A stretch of DNA of 64,000 nt from Desulfobacterales bacterium (GCA_024226555.1 JAAELO010000457.1:70701-134700), one strand, 5' to 3'. Positions 25,819 to 37,658 are shown, numbered from the stretch's first letter. The notes: generated from the letters alone by a model not told the origin. Translations and numbers: made by a program.

Positions 25819-26063
25819 ACTAATCAAATCAGACGTTCTTAATATGCTGTTTTATTCAATGTTCATTTAATCAATGTTAAGAATTTTTCATCCCATCCTT
25901 TATTCTTTATCCTGACCCTTGATCCTCAATAAAGAATATCTTCTTTTGTAAATATTAAACAATAAATAGCTTTTTATATTAATAATCTGAATTGGTTCAA
26001 AAAAAGCAGCTATTAGAAACCCATTAATACCAGTCGGTTAGTATTTTAAAACAAATTTTGATC

Positions 26064-26108
26064 TTGACAAAACTACTAAAAATGAGCTAACGTTTACGTT
26101 AACGTAAG
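26064..26108 (+). promoter_or_regulatory. icmF promoter with LiuR-type operator
   Basis: TTGACA -35; palindrome TTACGTTAACGTAA (26094-26107) next to the -10 region. Confidence 0.7.
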
Positions 26109-26161
26109 TGTGGTTTTGCCGTTTTTTCTTATCAATTTTTTGCATATTTCCAGGAGTCGAT

Positions 26162-29100
26162 ATGAGTTTTGATACAGAAGTCTACAGTCCCTCAAATAAC
26201 GTAAGAATAGTTACAGCAACAGCCCTTTTTGACGGTCATGACGCATCAATCAGCATTATGAGAAGAATGCTTATGGATACTGGCGCTGAAGTTATTCATC
26301 TTGGACATAACCGATCTGTTAAAGATGTTGTGGATGCAGCAATAGATGAAGATGCTCAGGGCATTGGTATCTCAAGTTATCAGGGTGGGCATGTTGAGTA
26401 TTTTAAATATATTATTGACTTGCTGAAAGAGAGAGATTCTTCCCATATAAAGGTTTTTGGTGGTGGTGGTGGTGTTATTGTTCAGGAAGAGATTGATGAG
26501 CTCGAAGAGTATGGGGTTACAAAGATTTATTCTCCTCAGGATGGGACTGAGATGGGATTACAGGGAATGATCAATCATATGGTTGAAAACATGGATTTTC
26601 CTGTTACAACCAGTGATGAGTTTGACTTTGATACACTTTCTCCTGAAAATCCTTCATCCATTGCAAGATTAATAACTATCACTGAACAGGTTAAAGCCGG
26701 AAAGTTTGGTGATTACAATAATCTCCTTTCAAAAATAAAAGATAAAATAGGTGAGAATAATACACCTGTTATTGGAATAACCGGAACTGGTGGTGCTGGA
26801 AAATCTTCACTTACCGATGAACTTATTTTAAGAATTATGCGTGACCTCGATGATGTGAGGGTTGGTATAATAAGTTGTGATCCATCCAGACGAAAAACAG
26901 GTGGCGCTCTTCTTGGTGACAGAATAAGAATGAATGCTATAGATAATGACAGAATCTATATGAGAAGCCTTGCAATCAGAAGGTCAAACTCTGAGGTTCC
27001 TGAAGCTCTTCCAGAAGCAATACTTGCAGCAAAATCAGCTGGTTTTGATATAATAATAGCTGAAACAGCTGGAATTGGTCAGGGAGATTCCTCGATTTTC
27101 GATATAGTTGATATTTCTATTTATGTTATGACAAGTGAATTTGGAGCAGCTTCACAACTTGAAAAGATAGATATGCTCGATCTTGCTGATCTTATAGTAA
27201 TAAATAAAATGGAAAAAAGAGGAAGTGATGACGCAATCCGTGATGTCAGAAAACAGGTTCAGCGTAACAGAAAAGCCTTTGACAAGTCCCCTGATGAGAT
27301 GCCCGTATTTGGAACAATAGCTTCCAAATTTAATGATGATGGTGTGACTGCTTTATATTATGGACTTCTGGATGTTATTAATGAAAAAAAGGGCATCTCT
27401 TTTAAATCTCAATACGAAAGACCTGATACTAAAATATCCTCTTCAAAAACTATTATTATTCCACCAGACAGAGTACGCTATCTTGCTGAAATTGCTAAAA
27501 CTGTAAGAGATTACCATAAAGAGACTGACAAGCAGTCAGATGCATTGAGAAAAAAGTGGCACCTTGAAGAGTCTTTGGATATTCTTGATTCAAATGATTT
27601 GATTGCAAAGCTTAAAGAAGAAGTAGTAAAAGCGGAAAAAGCTATAGATAACGAAACAAAGGAACTTGTTGATTCATGGATTGATATTGCAGAAAAATAT
27701 TCAAAGGATGAGTTGGTATATCAGGTGCGTGATAAAGAGATAAGAATTCCTCTTAATTCAGAATCACTATCACATACTAAAATTTCCAAGATATCACTAC
27801 CTCAATTCAAAGATCCTGGTGAGATATATAAATTCAGACGCAAAGAGAATCTACCAGGTTTTTTTCCTTTTACAGCAGGGGTTTTTCCACTTAAAAGAGT
27901 TGATGAAGATCCAACAAGGATGTTTGCGGGACAAGGAGACCCCTTCTTTACAAATAACAGATTCAAAATGTTGTCTGCAAATTTTCCATCGAAAAGACTC
28001 TCCACAGCTTTTGATGCTGTCACGCTTTTTGGGTGTGATCCTGATTTAAGACCAGACATATACGGAAAGGTTGGAACTTCAGGCGTAAGCGTTTGCACAC
28101 TGGATGATGTTAAAGTTTTATACAGTGGTTTTGATCTTTGTGTACCAACAACATCTGTATCTATGACTATAAATGGGCCTGCTCCAATGATGCTCGCTAT
28201 GTTTATCAATACAGCAATAGATCAGATGATAGAAAAATTTGAAGAAGAAAATAATCGTAAACCTACTCCTGATGAATATCTTGAACTAAGAAATTGCGCT
28301 ATGTCCAGTGTGCGTGGAACTGTTCAGGCTGACATTCTTAAGGAAGATCAGGGACAGAATTCATGCATCTTCTCGGTTGAATTTGCACTAAAAATGATGG
28401 GTGATATTCAGGAATTTTTTGTAGAGAACAATGTTAGAAATTTCTATTCAGTATCCATATCAGGTTATCATATTGCTGAAGCAGGTGCTAATCCTATATC
28501 ACAGACTGCTTTTACTCTTGCCAATGGTTTTACATATGTTGAGTACTATCTGTCGAGGGGACTTGATCTGGATAGCTTCGCACCAAATCTGTCATTCTTT
28601 TTTTCATGTGGTATGGACCCTGAATATACAGTAATAGGAAGAGTTGCCAGAAGAATATGGGCTGTTGCACTTCGAAATATGTACAAAGGATCTGAAAGAT
28701 CACAGAAGCTGAAATATCATACACAGACTTCAGGGAGGTCTCTGCATAGCCAGGAAGTTCAGTTTAATGATATCAGGACAACAATACAGGCATTGACTGC
28801 TATCTATGATAATTGCAACAGCCTACACACAAATGCTTATGATGAAGCGATTACTACTCCTAGTGAAGAGTCTGTGAGACGTGCTCTTGCAATTCAGCTT
28901 ATTATTAATAATGAAGCAGGTCTTGCCAAAAATGAGAACATGAATCAGGGTAGTTTTATTGTTGAAGAGTTAACAGATCTTGTTGAAGAAGCGATATTGA
29001 AGGAATTTGACAGTATGACCGATAGAGGTGGTGTTCTTGGTTCAATGGAGACTGGTTATCAGAGAAGTAAAATCCAGGATGAATCCATGCACTATGAGAT

Positions 29101-29419
29101 GCTTAAACACTCCGGGGAATATCCATTAATTGGAGTTAATACCTTTATTAATGAAAATCCTGATGCAGCAGAGGAGATTGCAGCACTTGAACTTGCAAGA
29201 GCCACTGAAGATGAAAAAGAGTCTCAGTTAAAAAGACTTAAAGAGTTCCATGATAAAAACAGTGATACCAGTGATGAAGCACTTAAAAAACTTCAAAAGG
29301 CTGCTTTAAATGGTGAAAATATTTTTGCAGAACTTATGGAAACTGTCAGACATTGCAGTCTTGAGCAGATTACGAATGCTCTATATGAAGTGGGGGGCAA
29401 ATTCCGCCGAACAATGTAA
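26162..29419 (+). CDS. icmF: Fused isobutyryl-CoA mutase/GTPase IcmF
   Basis: FDGHDA B12 domain, GTGGAGKSS MeaB GTPase, mutase barrel ([41 protein letters not shown]). ATG 26162 follows AGGAG. Confidence 0.95.
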   Translation: MSFDTEVYSPSNNVRIVTATALFDGHDASISIMRRMLMDTGAEVIHLGHNRSVKDVVDAAIDEDAQGIGISSYQGGHVEYFKYIIDLLKERDSSHIKVFGGGGGVIVQEEIDELEEYGVTKIYSPQDGTEMGLQGMINHMVENMDFPVTTSDEFDFDTLSPENPSSIARLITITEQVKAGKFGDYNNLLSKIKDKIGENNTPVIGITGTGGAGKSSLTDELILRIMRDLDDVRVGIISCDPSRRKTGGALLGDRIRMNAIDNDRIYMRSLAIRRSNSEVPEALPEAILAAKSAGFDIIIAETAGIGQGDSSIFDIVDISIYVMTSEFGAASQLEKIDMLDLADLIVINKMEKRGSDDAIRDVRKQVQRNRKAFDKSPDEMPVFGTIASKFNDDGVTALYYGLLDVINEKKGISFKSQYERPDTKISSSKTIIIPPDRVRYLAEIAKTVRDYHKETDKQSDALRKKWHLEESLDILDSNDLIAKLKEEVVKAEKAIDNETKELVDSWIDIAEKYSKDELVYQVRDKEIRIPLNSESLSHTKISKISLPQFKDPGEIYKFRRKENLPGFFPFTAGVFPLKRVDEDPTRMFAGQGDPFFTNNRFKMLSANFPSKRLSTAFDAVTLFGCDPDLRPDIYGKVGTSGVSVCTLDDVKVLYSGFDLCVPTTSVSMTINGPAPMMLAMFINTAIDQMIEKFEEENNRKPTPDEYLELRNCAMSSVRGTVQADILKEDQGQNSCIFSVEFALKMMGDIQEFFVENNVRNFYSVSISGYHIAEAGANPISQTAFTLANGFTYVEYYLSRGLDLDSFAPNLSFFFSCGMDPEYTVIGRVARRIWAVALRNMYKGSERSQKLKYHTQTSGRSLHSQEVQFNDIRTTIQALTAIYDNCNSLHTNAYDEAITTPSEESVRRALAIQLIINNEAGLAKNENMNQGSFIVEELTDLVEEAILKEFDSMTDRGGVLGSMETGYQRSKIQDESMHYEMLKHSGEYPLIGVNTFINENPDAAEEIAALELARATEDEKESQLKRLKEFHDKNSDTSDEALKKLQKAALNGENIFAELMETVRHCSLEQITNALYEVGGKFRRTM

Positions 29420-29450
29420 CCAATTGTCTTTTGAGCGAAATTCTTTGTTA

Positions 29451-29546
29451 TACGATAATGATAATTACGTAAATAAAAAATGTTTTAATTTTATTTAACT
29501 GCAACGAAATATTAAAAACATATTCCTGCGAATTATCATTATCGTA
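29451..29546. repeat. 96-bp imperfect hairpin with 16-bp perfect inverted ends
   Basis: TACGATAATGATAATT ... AATTATCATTATCGTA with further inner pairing; flanked by MITE-like sequence. Confidence 0.75.
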
Positions 29547-29684
29547 ATGCAGAGTTTTTATAAAACTAAAAGCTTTTATAAACGTTGTATTTCATCTCAA
29601 AATCCTAATTGCTATATTTGTTCATATTGGATTTAAGAAAATAAATTAGAAACGATTTCTTGTGAAGAGTTCTACTCCTTTTAT

Positions 29685-29712
29685 TGGGAGGGTTTAAAAA
29701 CCCTCCCATTTT
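29685..29712. terminator. Terminator hairpin
   Basis: TGGGAGGGTTT-AA-AAACCCTCCCA followed by T-tract. Confidence 0.75.
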
Positions 29713-29715
29713 TAT

Positions 29716-29820
29716 CTATTCCCTTTTACCACGTAAAACACCTGCTTTTTTTCCATTGTGAAGAATTATTACTTCTTTTTTATTTTCTTTAAAAGAAAAT
29801 CCAATGGCTTTTGATTTCAT
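29716..29820 (-). pseudogene. Short, probably truncated ORF (34 aa)
   Basis: ATG overlaps the upstream stop codon; MKSKAIGFSFKENKKEVIILHNGKKAGVLRGKRE*. Confidence 0.35.
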
Positions 29821-30659
29821 TATACACCATGAAGTTCTTTTATTTTATTGTATTGATCAGATGTTAAAACGAAGTTTTCAATGATATCATCATCATTCTT
29901 TTCAATTTCACCCTTATCATCTTCGGTTATTTCAACAGAAGTTACAGTTAAGAAATAGCTGTCCTGGCAATCAGGACAAAACAAAAGTTTTAACTGGGTA
30001 TAAATAGATGCATCATCATCTGTCTCTTTTAATAAATTTAAAATTGTAAAATCACTACCTTCAAGTTGAGAAGTTAATATTTCTACATTCTCAATGGGTT
30101 CTAAAGGGAAAATAAACTCTTCTTTATCTATCCATTTATTGCAACGTTCACAGAAAGGTGTGGATACAATTGGTATACAGGCAAACAGCGTTGAGGCACC
30201 AATTATCATTAAGGCTTCTATTGTCCAGATTGAATAGATTGAGAATCCTTTAGGAGTCCAGCCAAAAATGCTCCATGCTCCATTATCTGCAACCATTTTT
30301 ACAACATAATACATATTGGAAGGAGATGCTACCATTGCTCCTTCTTTTCCTGAGAATGCATGAATCCAACTAACCCAACCAATGTATTGTGCGAAAATTC
30401 CAAATATTAAACCAAAAAAAACAAGAGCTTTCGTGTTTCTTACTTTGCCAAATTTTCCACTATATCCAATCAATAAACCGAGAATTCCACCAAAGCCAAG
30501 CGTGATGAAGAAGTTCAAATAGATAAAAGGAATATAGAAAATAGCATAACCATAAATTGCTCCAAGTAGTAATGAGCCAATAGCTCCTGCTAAAATAATA
30601 TAAATTAATCCCATGAGTCCAATTGTACCTGAATGTTCGTAATACTTACTTTTTTGCAT
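29820..30659 (-). CDS. Hypothetical membrane protein with C-terminal CxxC...CxxC
   Basis: 4 TM segments, PFCERC and FCPDC. Confidence 0.75.
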   Translation of the reverse strand: MQKSKYYEHSGTIGLMGLIYIILAGAIGSLLLGAIYGYAIFYIPFIYLNFFITLGFGGILGLLIGYSGKFGKVRNTKALVFFGLIFGIFAQYIGWVSWIHAFSGKEGAMVASPSNMYYVVKMVADNGAWSIFGWTPKGFSIYSIWTIEALMIIGASTLFACIPIVSTPFCERCNKWIDKEEFIFPLEPIENVEILTSQLEGSDFTILNLLKETDDDASIYTQLKLLFCPDCQDSYFLTVTSVEITEDDKGEIEKNDDDIIENFVLTSDQYNKIKELHGV

Positions 30660-30680
30660 AAAATCCCCTGTTTAATATGT

Positions 30681-31019
30681 TTACCAATCTCTTGGAGCAA
30701 TAACTTCTTCAATATCAAGATCAAATCCATAGGATTTAACAATAAAATCAAAGTCCATTCCAATACAATCCCTTGCAGCGGTTTCTATTTCACTTCCATT
30801 CTCTCCAAACTCATGGTTAAGGTCATTAAATTTTTCTGTTGCTGCATGTGTTAGCTTATAAATTAAGGCATCATCCTTAGGGTTTGTCTCTTCTATCAGT
30901 GAGCAAAGTTTCAAAAGAATCTCTTTTCCTTTATCCACAAGGAAATCCGGAAAATATGAGTCTCTATACATATCTTCAAGAAAATTATAACTTTTGATTT
31001 TACTGTTTTCTAAATCCAT
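30681..31019 (-). CDS. DUF5713-like protein
   Basis: FLEDMY.D.YFP.FLVDK.K...THAATEKFN.L..EF...SEIET.ARDCI...RDW. Confidence 0.75.
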   Translation of the reverse strand: MDLENSKIKSYNFLEDMYRDSYFPDFLVDKGKEILLKLCSLIEETNPKDDALIYKLTHAATEKFNDLNHEFGENGSEIETAARDCIGMDFDFIVKSYGFDLDIEEVIAPRDW

Positions 31020-31038
31020 TATTTATTTATATCCTAAT

Positions 31039-31521
31039 TTATATTGAATATTTATAAAACATTGAATCAACTTCCATAACCGGAAACGATTCAGGAAGAT
31101 TATTTTTATCAATATCTAAAAATCCATTTTTATCATAAAATATGTGTGCAGCATGATATTTTGAAGTAGTTCCCAAATAAATCTCTTTAACACCTTTCTT
31201 TTTACACCAGTCAAACATCTTCTCTAAAAGTTTTTTTGCCACACTCTATTCAGAGCCTCTGAACTCCTTTTTTACAAACATTTTTCTGAGAGCACACAAA
31301 CCATTTCCAATATCGATCAGAGATATTGTTCCCACAACTTCAGACCTGTATAAAGCTACCCAAAAATTACCCAGTCCTTTTTGATAAAAATCCGGAATTT
31401 CAAGAAGGTCAGGCTGGTCTTCCAAGGTTATTGAAATATTAAACTCATTTTGCTGGATAGGTAAAATGAGTTTTGGCACATCTTCTATATATTTTTTTTC
31501 ATATGGGATTACTTCTATCAT
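31039..31521 (-). pseudogene. GNAT acetyltransferase split by a single in-frame TAG
   Basis: ORFs 31246-31521 and 31039-31242 share a frame: LRKMFVKKEFRGSE-TAG-SVAKKLL...IYLGT. Confidence 0.8.
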
Positions 31522-31542
31522 GATTTATCCTATTCAAAACGA

Positions 31543-31858
31543 GGGAATCTCAAAAACTACCTTTTATCTGAATTACTTATGTTGTTAAAAACAAAACAAC
31601 AGAGTATACGAGAAAAAAATAACTGTGAACTTTATTAAGGGAATCTCTAATAACCTCTCTTTTGGCGAAAAACTATGTTATTTCCAAAAAAAACTGTAAT
31701 AAAATCGGCTCGTTAATTTTTGAAATGCCTTGTATTTCATCCAAAATTCTAATTATTAGAGATTCCCTTAAATTAAACCTTTTTTATAAACGAATCGGCT
31801 CGTTATATTTTTCTCAAGCCTTGTAATTAAACCAAAAATATTATTTTTAAAGGTTCCC
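31543..31858. mobile_element. Outer degenerate MITE containing a nested copy
   Basis: GGGAATCTCAAAAAC ... AATCGGCTCGTTA...GCCTTGT...TTTTTAAAGGTTCCC. Confidence 0.7.
31639..31767. mobile_element. Intact 129-bp MITE nested in another MITE, TTAA target duplication
   Basis: Perfect 15-bp TIRs, TTAA on both sides. Confidence 0.9.
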
Positions 31859-31910
31859 ATGAGATAATTAAGAGAATCTTGATTTAATTTATTGGCAAAT
31901 AATGAAAAAA

Positions 31911-32615
31911 TCAATCACTTAGTGAAAAGTCCACTGCTTTTGTGGCATGTATTTTTGTTGTATCATACAATGGAATGGTACTATTTTCTTTTAATAAAAT
32001 ACCGATTTCGGTACAACCAAGTATTACAGCTTCACAACCTTTAGAGGAAAGCTTACTCACAACTCTATCAAACTCATCTCTTGATGAATCTTTTACTATT
32101 CCAAGGCATAACTCTTTATAAATAAGATCATTAACAATTTTTCTATCTTTTTCATCCGGAACGATTACATTTAAACCATATTTTTCAGTTAAGCGTCCTT
32201 TGTAAAAGTCCTTTTCCATCGTATATGATGTTCCTAATAAACCAACATTTTTAATTCCATCTGTTATAAGAGCTTCACCAGTAGCGTCTGCTATATGTAT
32301 TAGTGGGATATTAACAGATTCTTCGACCTCTTCAGCAATTATATGCATGGTATTAGTACATATTAAGAGAAAATCAGCACCTGCTTTTTCGACTTTTTGA
32401 GCGGCATCTATCAAAAATGTACTGGTTCCTTCCCAGTCACCACTACACTGAAGCTTTTCGATCTCTCCAAAATTTACACTATATAAAGCTATTTTAGCTG
32501 AGTTAAATCCACCAACTCTTTTTTTCATTTCAGTATTGATTATCCGATAATAATCAGAAGTACTTTCCCAGCTCATTCCGCCTATTAAACCAATCGTTTT
32601 CATATTTTTCTCCAA
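31911..32615 (-). CDS. Aspartate/glutamate racemase family (YgeA-like)
   Basis: MKTIGLIGGMSWEST, ICTNTMH, ILGCTEI. Confidence 0.95.
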   Translation of the reverse strand: MEKNMKTIGLIGGMSWESTSDYYRIINTEMKKRVGGFNSAKIALYSVNFGEIEKLQCSGDWEGTSTFLIDAAQKVEKAGADFLLICTNTMHIIAEEVEESVNIPLIHIADATGEALITDGIKNVGLLGTSYTMEKDFYKGRLTEKYGLNVIVPDEKDRKIVNDLIYKELCLGIVKDSSRDEFDRVVSKLSSKGCEAVILGCTEIGILLKENSTIPLYDTTKIHATKAVDFSLSD

Positions 32616-33071
32616 TATTAAATATTCATTTTTTTATACTTTAGCAAACGAACTGTATATATAGACAGATACAAAGTGAATCAAAATTAACAATAACAAA
32701 TACGATGTTATAGGGGAATTATTAAAGTTCCCTTTAAAAGCTTTGCTACAATCCATTCCTTTCCTATTTTCAAAATGAAAACAACCCGCAAACTAAAAAG
32801 CATACATTACAGACACTTAGGTAATTTGATAGGAAAAAATTACGAAATTGTTTCTGATTTATTTGTTTTTTTTAATTTAAAAGGTTAAAAACATACGTTT
32901 GTATTTTATTATAGACTATTTTACATTCATTAATTTACATTTTAATAATTAAAAAAAGCAGTTTGAAATTTTAGGATAATAAATTTAATAGAAGTGATTT
33001 AGTTAATAGATATGAAAGTAATTATGTAATAAAAGCTGAGAAACAACTTAAGCTAAAAAAAATATGGGGAT

Positions 33072-34670
33072 ATGAAATTGAAAAAAACAACACAGTTAAA
33101 GAATTTAATTTGTTCTAATGGTCTTTCTTTCATAATGGAAGCTCACAATGGTTTATCAGCAAAAATTGTTGAAGAAACCGGTTTTAAAGGTATGTGGGGG
33201 AGCGGACTTTCAATTTCAGCTGCTATGGGTGTTCGTGATAATAATGAAGCTTCCTGGACTCAGGTTCTTGAGGTAATTGAGTTTATGAGTGATGCAACAA
33301 CAATACCTATGCTTTTGGACGGTGACACTGGTTATGGAAACTTCAATAATATGAGGCGTCTCGTAACAAAACTTGAGCAAAGAGAGATCGCAGGTGTTTG
33401 TATTGAAGATAAATTGTTTCCAAAAACCAATTCTTTTATAGGTGGAGAAACTCAACCTCTTGCTGATATGGATGAGTTTTGTGGAAAGATCAAAGCAGCA
33501 AAAGATACTCAAAAGGATGACGATTTTGTTGTTGTCGCAAGGATAGAGGCTTTTATTGCCGGATGGGGTTTAAGTGAAGCTCTTAGACGTGCTGAAGCAT
33601 ACAGATTGGCTGGAGCAGATGCTATTCTTGTTCATTCAAAAAAAGCAAACTCTTCAGATATTGAGGCTTTTATGGCTGAATGGGCTAACAGGCATCCGGT
33701 TGTTATAGTTCCAACAAAATATTATTCCACGCCAACTGACAAGTTCAGAGATCTTGGAATTAATACAGTTATCTGGGCAAATCACAACATGCGTGCTGCA
33801 ATTACAGCAATTCAGAATAATTGTAAGGATATATATGACAACGAAACATTGCAGAATGTTGAGGGAAAAATAGTTTCCGTTGCTGAAATCTTCAGAATTC
33901 AGGGAGCAGATGAGCTTAAAGAAGCTGAAAAGGTATATCTGCCTACCAGTGGAAAAGAGGTTAACTCAATTATTTTGGCTGCGAGCCAGGGTAGTCTGAA
34001 TGAACTAACCACTGACATTCCAAAGACACTTCTAAAAGTTGGAGAGAAATCAATCCTTCATAATCAGGTCGATACTTACAACAGACTTGGAATTAAGGAT
34101 ATTAGTGTTGTGAGAGGTTTTGCCAAAGATAAAGTTACTGGAACAAATCTTACATTTTTTGATAATGATGATCATGAAAACACGAAGGATCTCTATTCCC
34201 TCTATCTTGCAAAAGAAAAAATGAAAGAGCTTACTGTTATCAGTTACGGTGATATTGTTTTTAAAGATTACATATTAAATGAACTTTTAAATGACGAAAA
34301 TGACATCACAATCGTAGTTGATGCAGATTTTGAGCATACAGATGATACTCAGGATTTTGTTAAAACAGATAAAGGGTACTCAAAGAAAGTTTATTTTGAA
34401 GATGTTAAACTTGATGAGATCTCAAACAGCCTTTCAAAAGATATTATAACTGGTGAATTTATTGGGCTTTGGAAAGTAAGTGGAAAAGGAATTGAGGTTG
34501 TTCAAAAAATTCTGACTGACCTTTCTCAAAGAGAAGATTTTAAGAACCTTTCTGTTTCAGATCTTTTCAGTGAAGTAGTCAAAGAGCATAGAATATCAGT
34601 AAAATTTATAAAAGGTTCATGGCTTGATGTTGATACGATTGTGGATCTGGAAAAAGCGAAGGAGTTATAA
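33072..34670 (+). CDS. aepX: Phosphoenolpyruvate mutase fused to a C-terminal nucleotidyltransferase
   Basis: [15 protein letters not shown], signature [10 protein letters not shown]; C-terminal IILAA...PKTLL...YGDI domain. Confidence 0.96.
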   Translation: MKLKKTTQLKNLICSNGLSFIMEAHNGLSAKIVEETGFKGMWGSGLSISAAMGVRDNNEASWTQVLEVIEFMSDATTIPMLLDGDTGYGNFNNMRRLVTKLEQREIAGVCIEDKLFPKTNSFIGGETQPLADMDEFCGKIKAAKDTQKDDDFVVVARIEAFIAGWGLSEALRRAEAYRLAGADAILVHSKKANSSDIEAFMAEWANRHPVVIVPTKYYSTPTDKFRDLGINTVIWANHNMRAAITAIQNNCKDIYDNETLQNVEGKIVSVAEIFRIQGADELKEAEKVYLPTSGKEVNSIILAASQGSLNELTTDIPKTLLKVGEKSILHNQVDTYNRLGIKDISVVRGFAKDKVTGTNLTFFDNDDHENTKDLYSLYLAKEKMKELTVISYGDIVFKDYILNELLNDENDITIVVDADFEHTDDTQDFVKTDKGYSKKVYFEDVKLDEISNSLSKDIITGEFIGLWKVSGKGIEVVQKILTDLSQREDFKNLSVSDLFSEVVKEHRISVKFIKGSWLDVDTIVDLEKAKEL

Positions 34671-35791
34671 TGCTTGATACAAAACTTTTCGGAAACAAAA
34701 TGAAGGAGATGGGGTTTAACTTTTATAGTGGCGTCCCATGTTCATTTCTTAAATATCTGATTAATTATGCAATTAATGACTGTGATTATGTTATGGCTGC
34801 AAACGAAGGTGATGCTGTTGCAATTAGTGCTGGAGCATACCTTGCAGGAAAAAAATCAGTTGTTCTTATGCAGAACTCAGGCTTAACAAACGCAACCTCA
34901 CCTTTGACCTCTTTAAACTACTCTTTCAAAATACCAGTTCTGGGTTTTGTTAGTTTAAGGGGAGAGCCTGGAATATCGGATGAACCACAGCATGAACTAA
35001 TGGGCCCAATAACAACAGGCATGTTAGAACTTATGGAGGTTAAGTGGGAATATCTTGCAGATAATATTGATGAGGCGCAAAAGCAGCTTGAAAGAGCAGA
35101 TAAGTTTATTGCTGAAGGTCAGACTTTCTTTTTTGTTGTTAAAAAAGGGACTTTATCTGAAGAAGTATTAAAGGAAGTACCACGAAATATAGTTGAAAAT
35201 AAAAATCTGATACAAAAATCAAATGATGATGAAATTCCCACAAGAAATAGTGCTCTTGAAAAGATAAATGAATTGAAAGAGGATGCCGTTTGTCTTGCAA
35301 CAACCGGAAAAACCGGAAGAGAGCTTTATGAAGTAGAAGATAGTGACAGCAATCTTTATATGGTCGGTTCAATGGGGACAATTAGTTCCCTTGCTCTTGG
35401 TATATCACTTTCCCATGAAAAGAAAGTGATTGCCATAGATGGTGATGGGTCATTAATGATGAGAATGGGCTCTCTTGCAACAAATGCGAGTTATAATCCA
35501 AAAAATATGCTTCATATCCTTCTTGATAATAATTGTCACGATTCAACAGGAGGTCAGTTTACATGCTCTCATAATGTTGACTTTGTGAATGTTGCAGCTT
35601 CCTGTGGTTATGTAAATGCATTTTATGCACACAGCGTTGATGAACTCGGAAAATATATGGAGCAATGGCAGAAAGAGCCAAATCTTACATTTATTCAGTT
35701 AAAGACAGCAAAGGGTTCTAAAAAAGATCTTGGTCGTCCAAAAATTAAACCCTATGAAGTTAAAGACAGATTAATGAAATTTATTAATTAA
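34670..35791 (+). CDS. aepY: Phosphonopyruvate decarboxylase
   Basis: GVPCSFL, ANEGDA, MQNSG, DEPQH, TTGKTGREL, VGSMG, IDGDG. Confidence 0.95.
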   Translation: MLDTKLFGNKMKEMGFNFYSGVPCSFLKYLINYAINDCDYVMAANEGDAVAISAGAYLAGKKSVVLMQNSGLTNATSPLTSLNYSFKIPVLGFVSLRGEPGISDEPQHELMGPITTGMLELMEVKWEYLADNIDEAQKQLERADKFIAEGQTFFFVVKKGTLSEEVLKEVPRNIVENKNLIQKSNDDEIPTRNSALEKINELKEDAVCLATTGKTGRELYEVEDSDSNLYMVGSMGTISSLALGISLSHEKKVIAIDGDGSLMMRMGSLATNASYNPKNMLHILLDNNCHDSTGGQFTCSHNVDFVNVAASCGYVNAFYAHSVDELGKYMEQWQKEPNLTFIQLKTAKGSKKDLGRPKIKPYEVKDRLMKFIN

Positions 35792-35825
35792 GATTTGATA
35801 CAAATATAGTGATTCAGGAGAAGAT

Positions 35826-37658
35826 ATGAAAACAGCAGTTATTATGGCAGCCGGGATGGGAACGAGACTTGAAGAGAGAACTAAAGATATGCCTAAAGGT
35901 TTCTTAAAGATTGGATCTGTTCCAATTATTGAGGAATCAATCATAAAGCTGCTTAATGTTGGTATAGAAAAGATATTTATTGGAACTGGTTACTTATCAG
36001 AGCATTTCGACAGGTTGAAGGATTTTTATCCTGTGGAACTTATTAAAAGTGAAAAATTTGAAACAACAAGTAGTATGTACACTCTTTATAATATGAGAGA
36101 TCGTATCAAAGATGATTTTTTACTACTTGAATCGGATTTAATGTACGACCAAAAAGGTTTGAATTATCTCCTTGAAGCGAAAGAAAATGATGTAATTCTT
36201 GCAAGTGGTAAAACCAACTCCGGTGATGAAGTATATATAGAAACGGATAGTAATGGTTTTTTGGTAAATATGTCTAAAAAATCGGATGACCTTGGATCTA
36301 TTAATGGAGAACTTGTTGGTATTACAAAAGTCTCATACAATACATTTAAAGAGATGTGTGTATATGCAGAAAAAGCTTTTGAAACCAACCCTAAAATAGA
36401 TTATGAAACAGTACTCGTTGGAATAACTGAGGAACTTCATTATAGTGTAAAAGTTGTTGAGGATTATACATGGTGCGAAATTGATGATGAAAGTCATCTT
36501 AAAAGAGCAAATGAGTTAATCTACCCTGAGATCCTGAGAAAAGAGGCCGGAAGAAAAAGTGTAAAAAGGAATATTCTTTTAAATCCAGGTCCTGCAACAA
36601 CAACAGATACTGTTAAATATGCCCAGGTTGTTCCGGATATCTGTCCCCGTGAAAAAGAGTTTGCTGATCTGGTTCGTAAAGTTCAAAAAGATATGGTCGA
36701 TATCGTCCATGGCGGTGATGAGTATGCCTCTGTTTTCTTTGCCGGATCTGGAACTGCAATAATGGATGCTGTTATCAATTCAGTTGTTCCTGGAGATGGT
36801 AAGCTTTGTATAATTGTTAATGGTGCATATGGCAGCAGGATGGTTAAAATTGCTGAAGCCTATAGTATTGATCATATGGTAATTGATTTTGGGTTCGGTG
36901 GTAAGATTGATCTTGAAAAGGTTGAAAGTGAAATAGCAAAAGACAAAGAGATCAAATGCGTTGCTGTTGTACACCACGAAACAACAACAGGTATCTTAAA
37001 TCCGGTTGATAGGATTGCAGACTTAAAAGCAAAGTATAATTTCTCATTTGTTGTTGATGGTATTTCAACCTATGCCGGACTTCCAATTAATATTAAAGAG
37101 AGCAAAATAGACTTTCTTCTTTCAACTTCAAACAAGTGTATTCAGGGCATGGCTGGTTTATCCTTTGCGATTTGCAAAATAGATGAATTGATTAAAACAA
37201 AGGATTTTCCAGTAAGATCTTTCTATCTGAATCTTTACAATCAGTACATTCACTTTGAAGAGAAAGGTCAGTGGCAATTTACCCCACCAGTACAGATTCT
37301 TTATGCCCTTGATCAAGCAGTGAAAGAGTATTATGCAGAGGGTGAAACAGCTCGTTATGAAAGATATGATGCTTGCTGGAGAAAATACAGAGAGGAACTT
37401 CCAAAACTTGGATTTAATTTCCTACATGATGCTGAAGAGGATTCTAAAGTTCTTTTAACCATTATGGAACCTGATCATCCAAATTATTCCTTTAACAGAA
37501 TGCATGATTATCTTTATGAAAGAGGATTTACAATCTACCCGGGTAAAGTTGGAAATAAAAATACTTTCAGACTCTCTAATATCGGAGATGTTCATCCGGA
37601 AGATATAGAAAATTTTATCAAAGTTTTAAAACAATATGTTGATAAAGAACTAGTTTAG
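35826..37658 (+). CDS. aepZ: Cytidylyltransferase (LicC/PntC-like) fused to 2-aminoethylphosphonate aminotransferase
   Basis: AAGMGTRL...PKG, LLESD, WCEID; then LLNPGP, HHETTTG, SNKCIQG, FTPP, FTIYPGK. Confidence 0.92.
   Translation: MKTAVIMAAGMGTRLEERTKDMPKGFLKIGSVPIIEESIIKLLNVGIEKIFIGTGYLSEHFDRLKDFYPVELIKSEKFETTSSMYTLYNMRDRIKDDFLLLESDLMYDQKGLNYLLEAKENDVILASGKTNSGDEVYIETDSNGFLVNMSKKSDDLGSINGELVGITKVSYNTFKEMCVYAEKAFETNPKIDYETVLVGITEELHYSVKVVEDYTWCEIDDESHLKRANELIYPEILRKEAGRKSVKRNILLNPGPATTTDTVKYAQVVPDICPREKEFADLVRKVQKDMVDIVHGGDEYASVFFAGSGTAIMDAVINSVVPGDGKLCIIVNGAYGSRMVKIAEAYSIDHMVIDFGFGGKIDLEKVESEIAKDKEIKCVAVVHHETTTGILNPVDRIADLKAKYNFSFVVDGISTYAGLPINIKESKIDFLLSTSNKCIQGMAGLSFAICKIDELIKTKDFPVRSFYLNLYNQYIHFEEKGQWQFTPPVQILYALDQAVKEYYAEGETARYERYDACWRKYREELPKLGFNFLHDAEEDSKVLLTIMEPDHPNYSFNRMHDYLYERGFTIYPGKVGNKNTFRLSNIGDVHPEDIENFIKVLKQYVDKELV

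Noticed and set aside
26108-26161. GTG start extension of icmF
   Set aside because: Abuts the promoter/operator; AGGAG RBS precedes ATG 26162
31246-31248. Genome-wide TAG recoding
   Set aside because: TAG terminates conserved genes (acnA, radA, rnhB) at their expected ends
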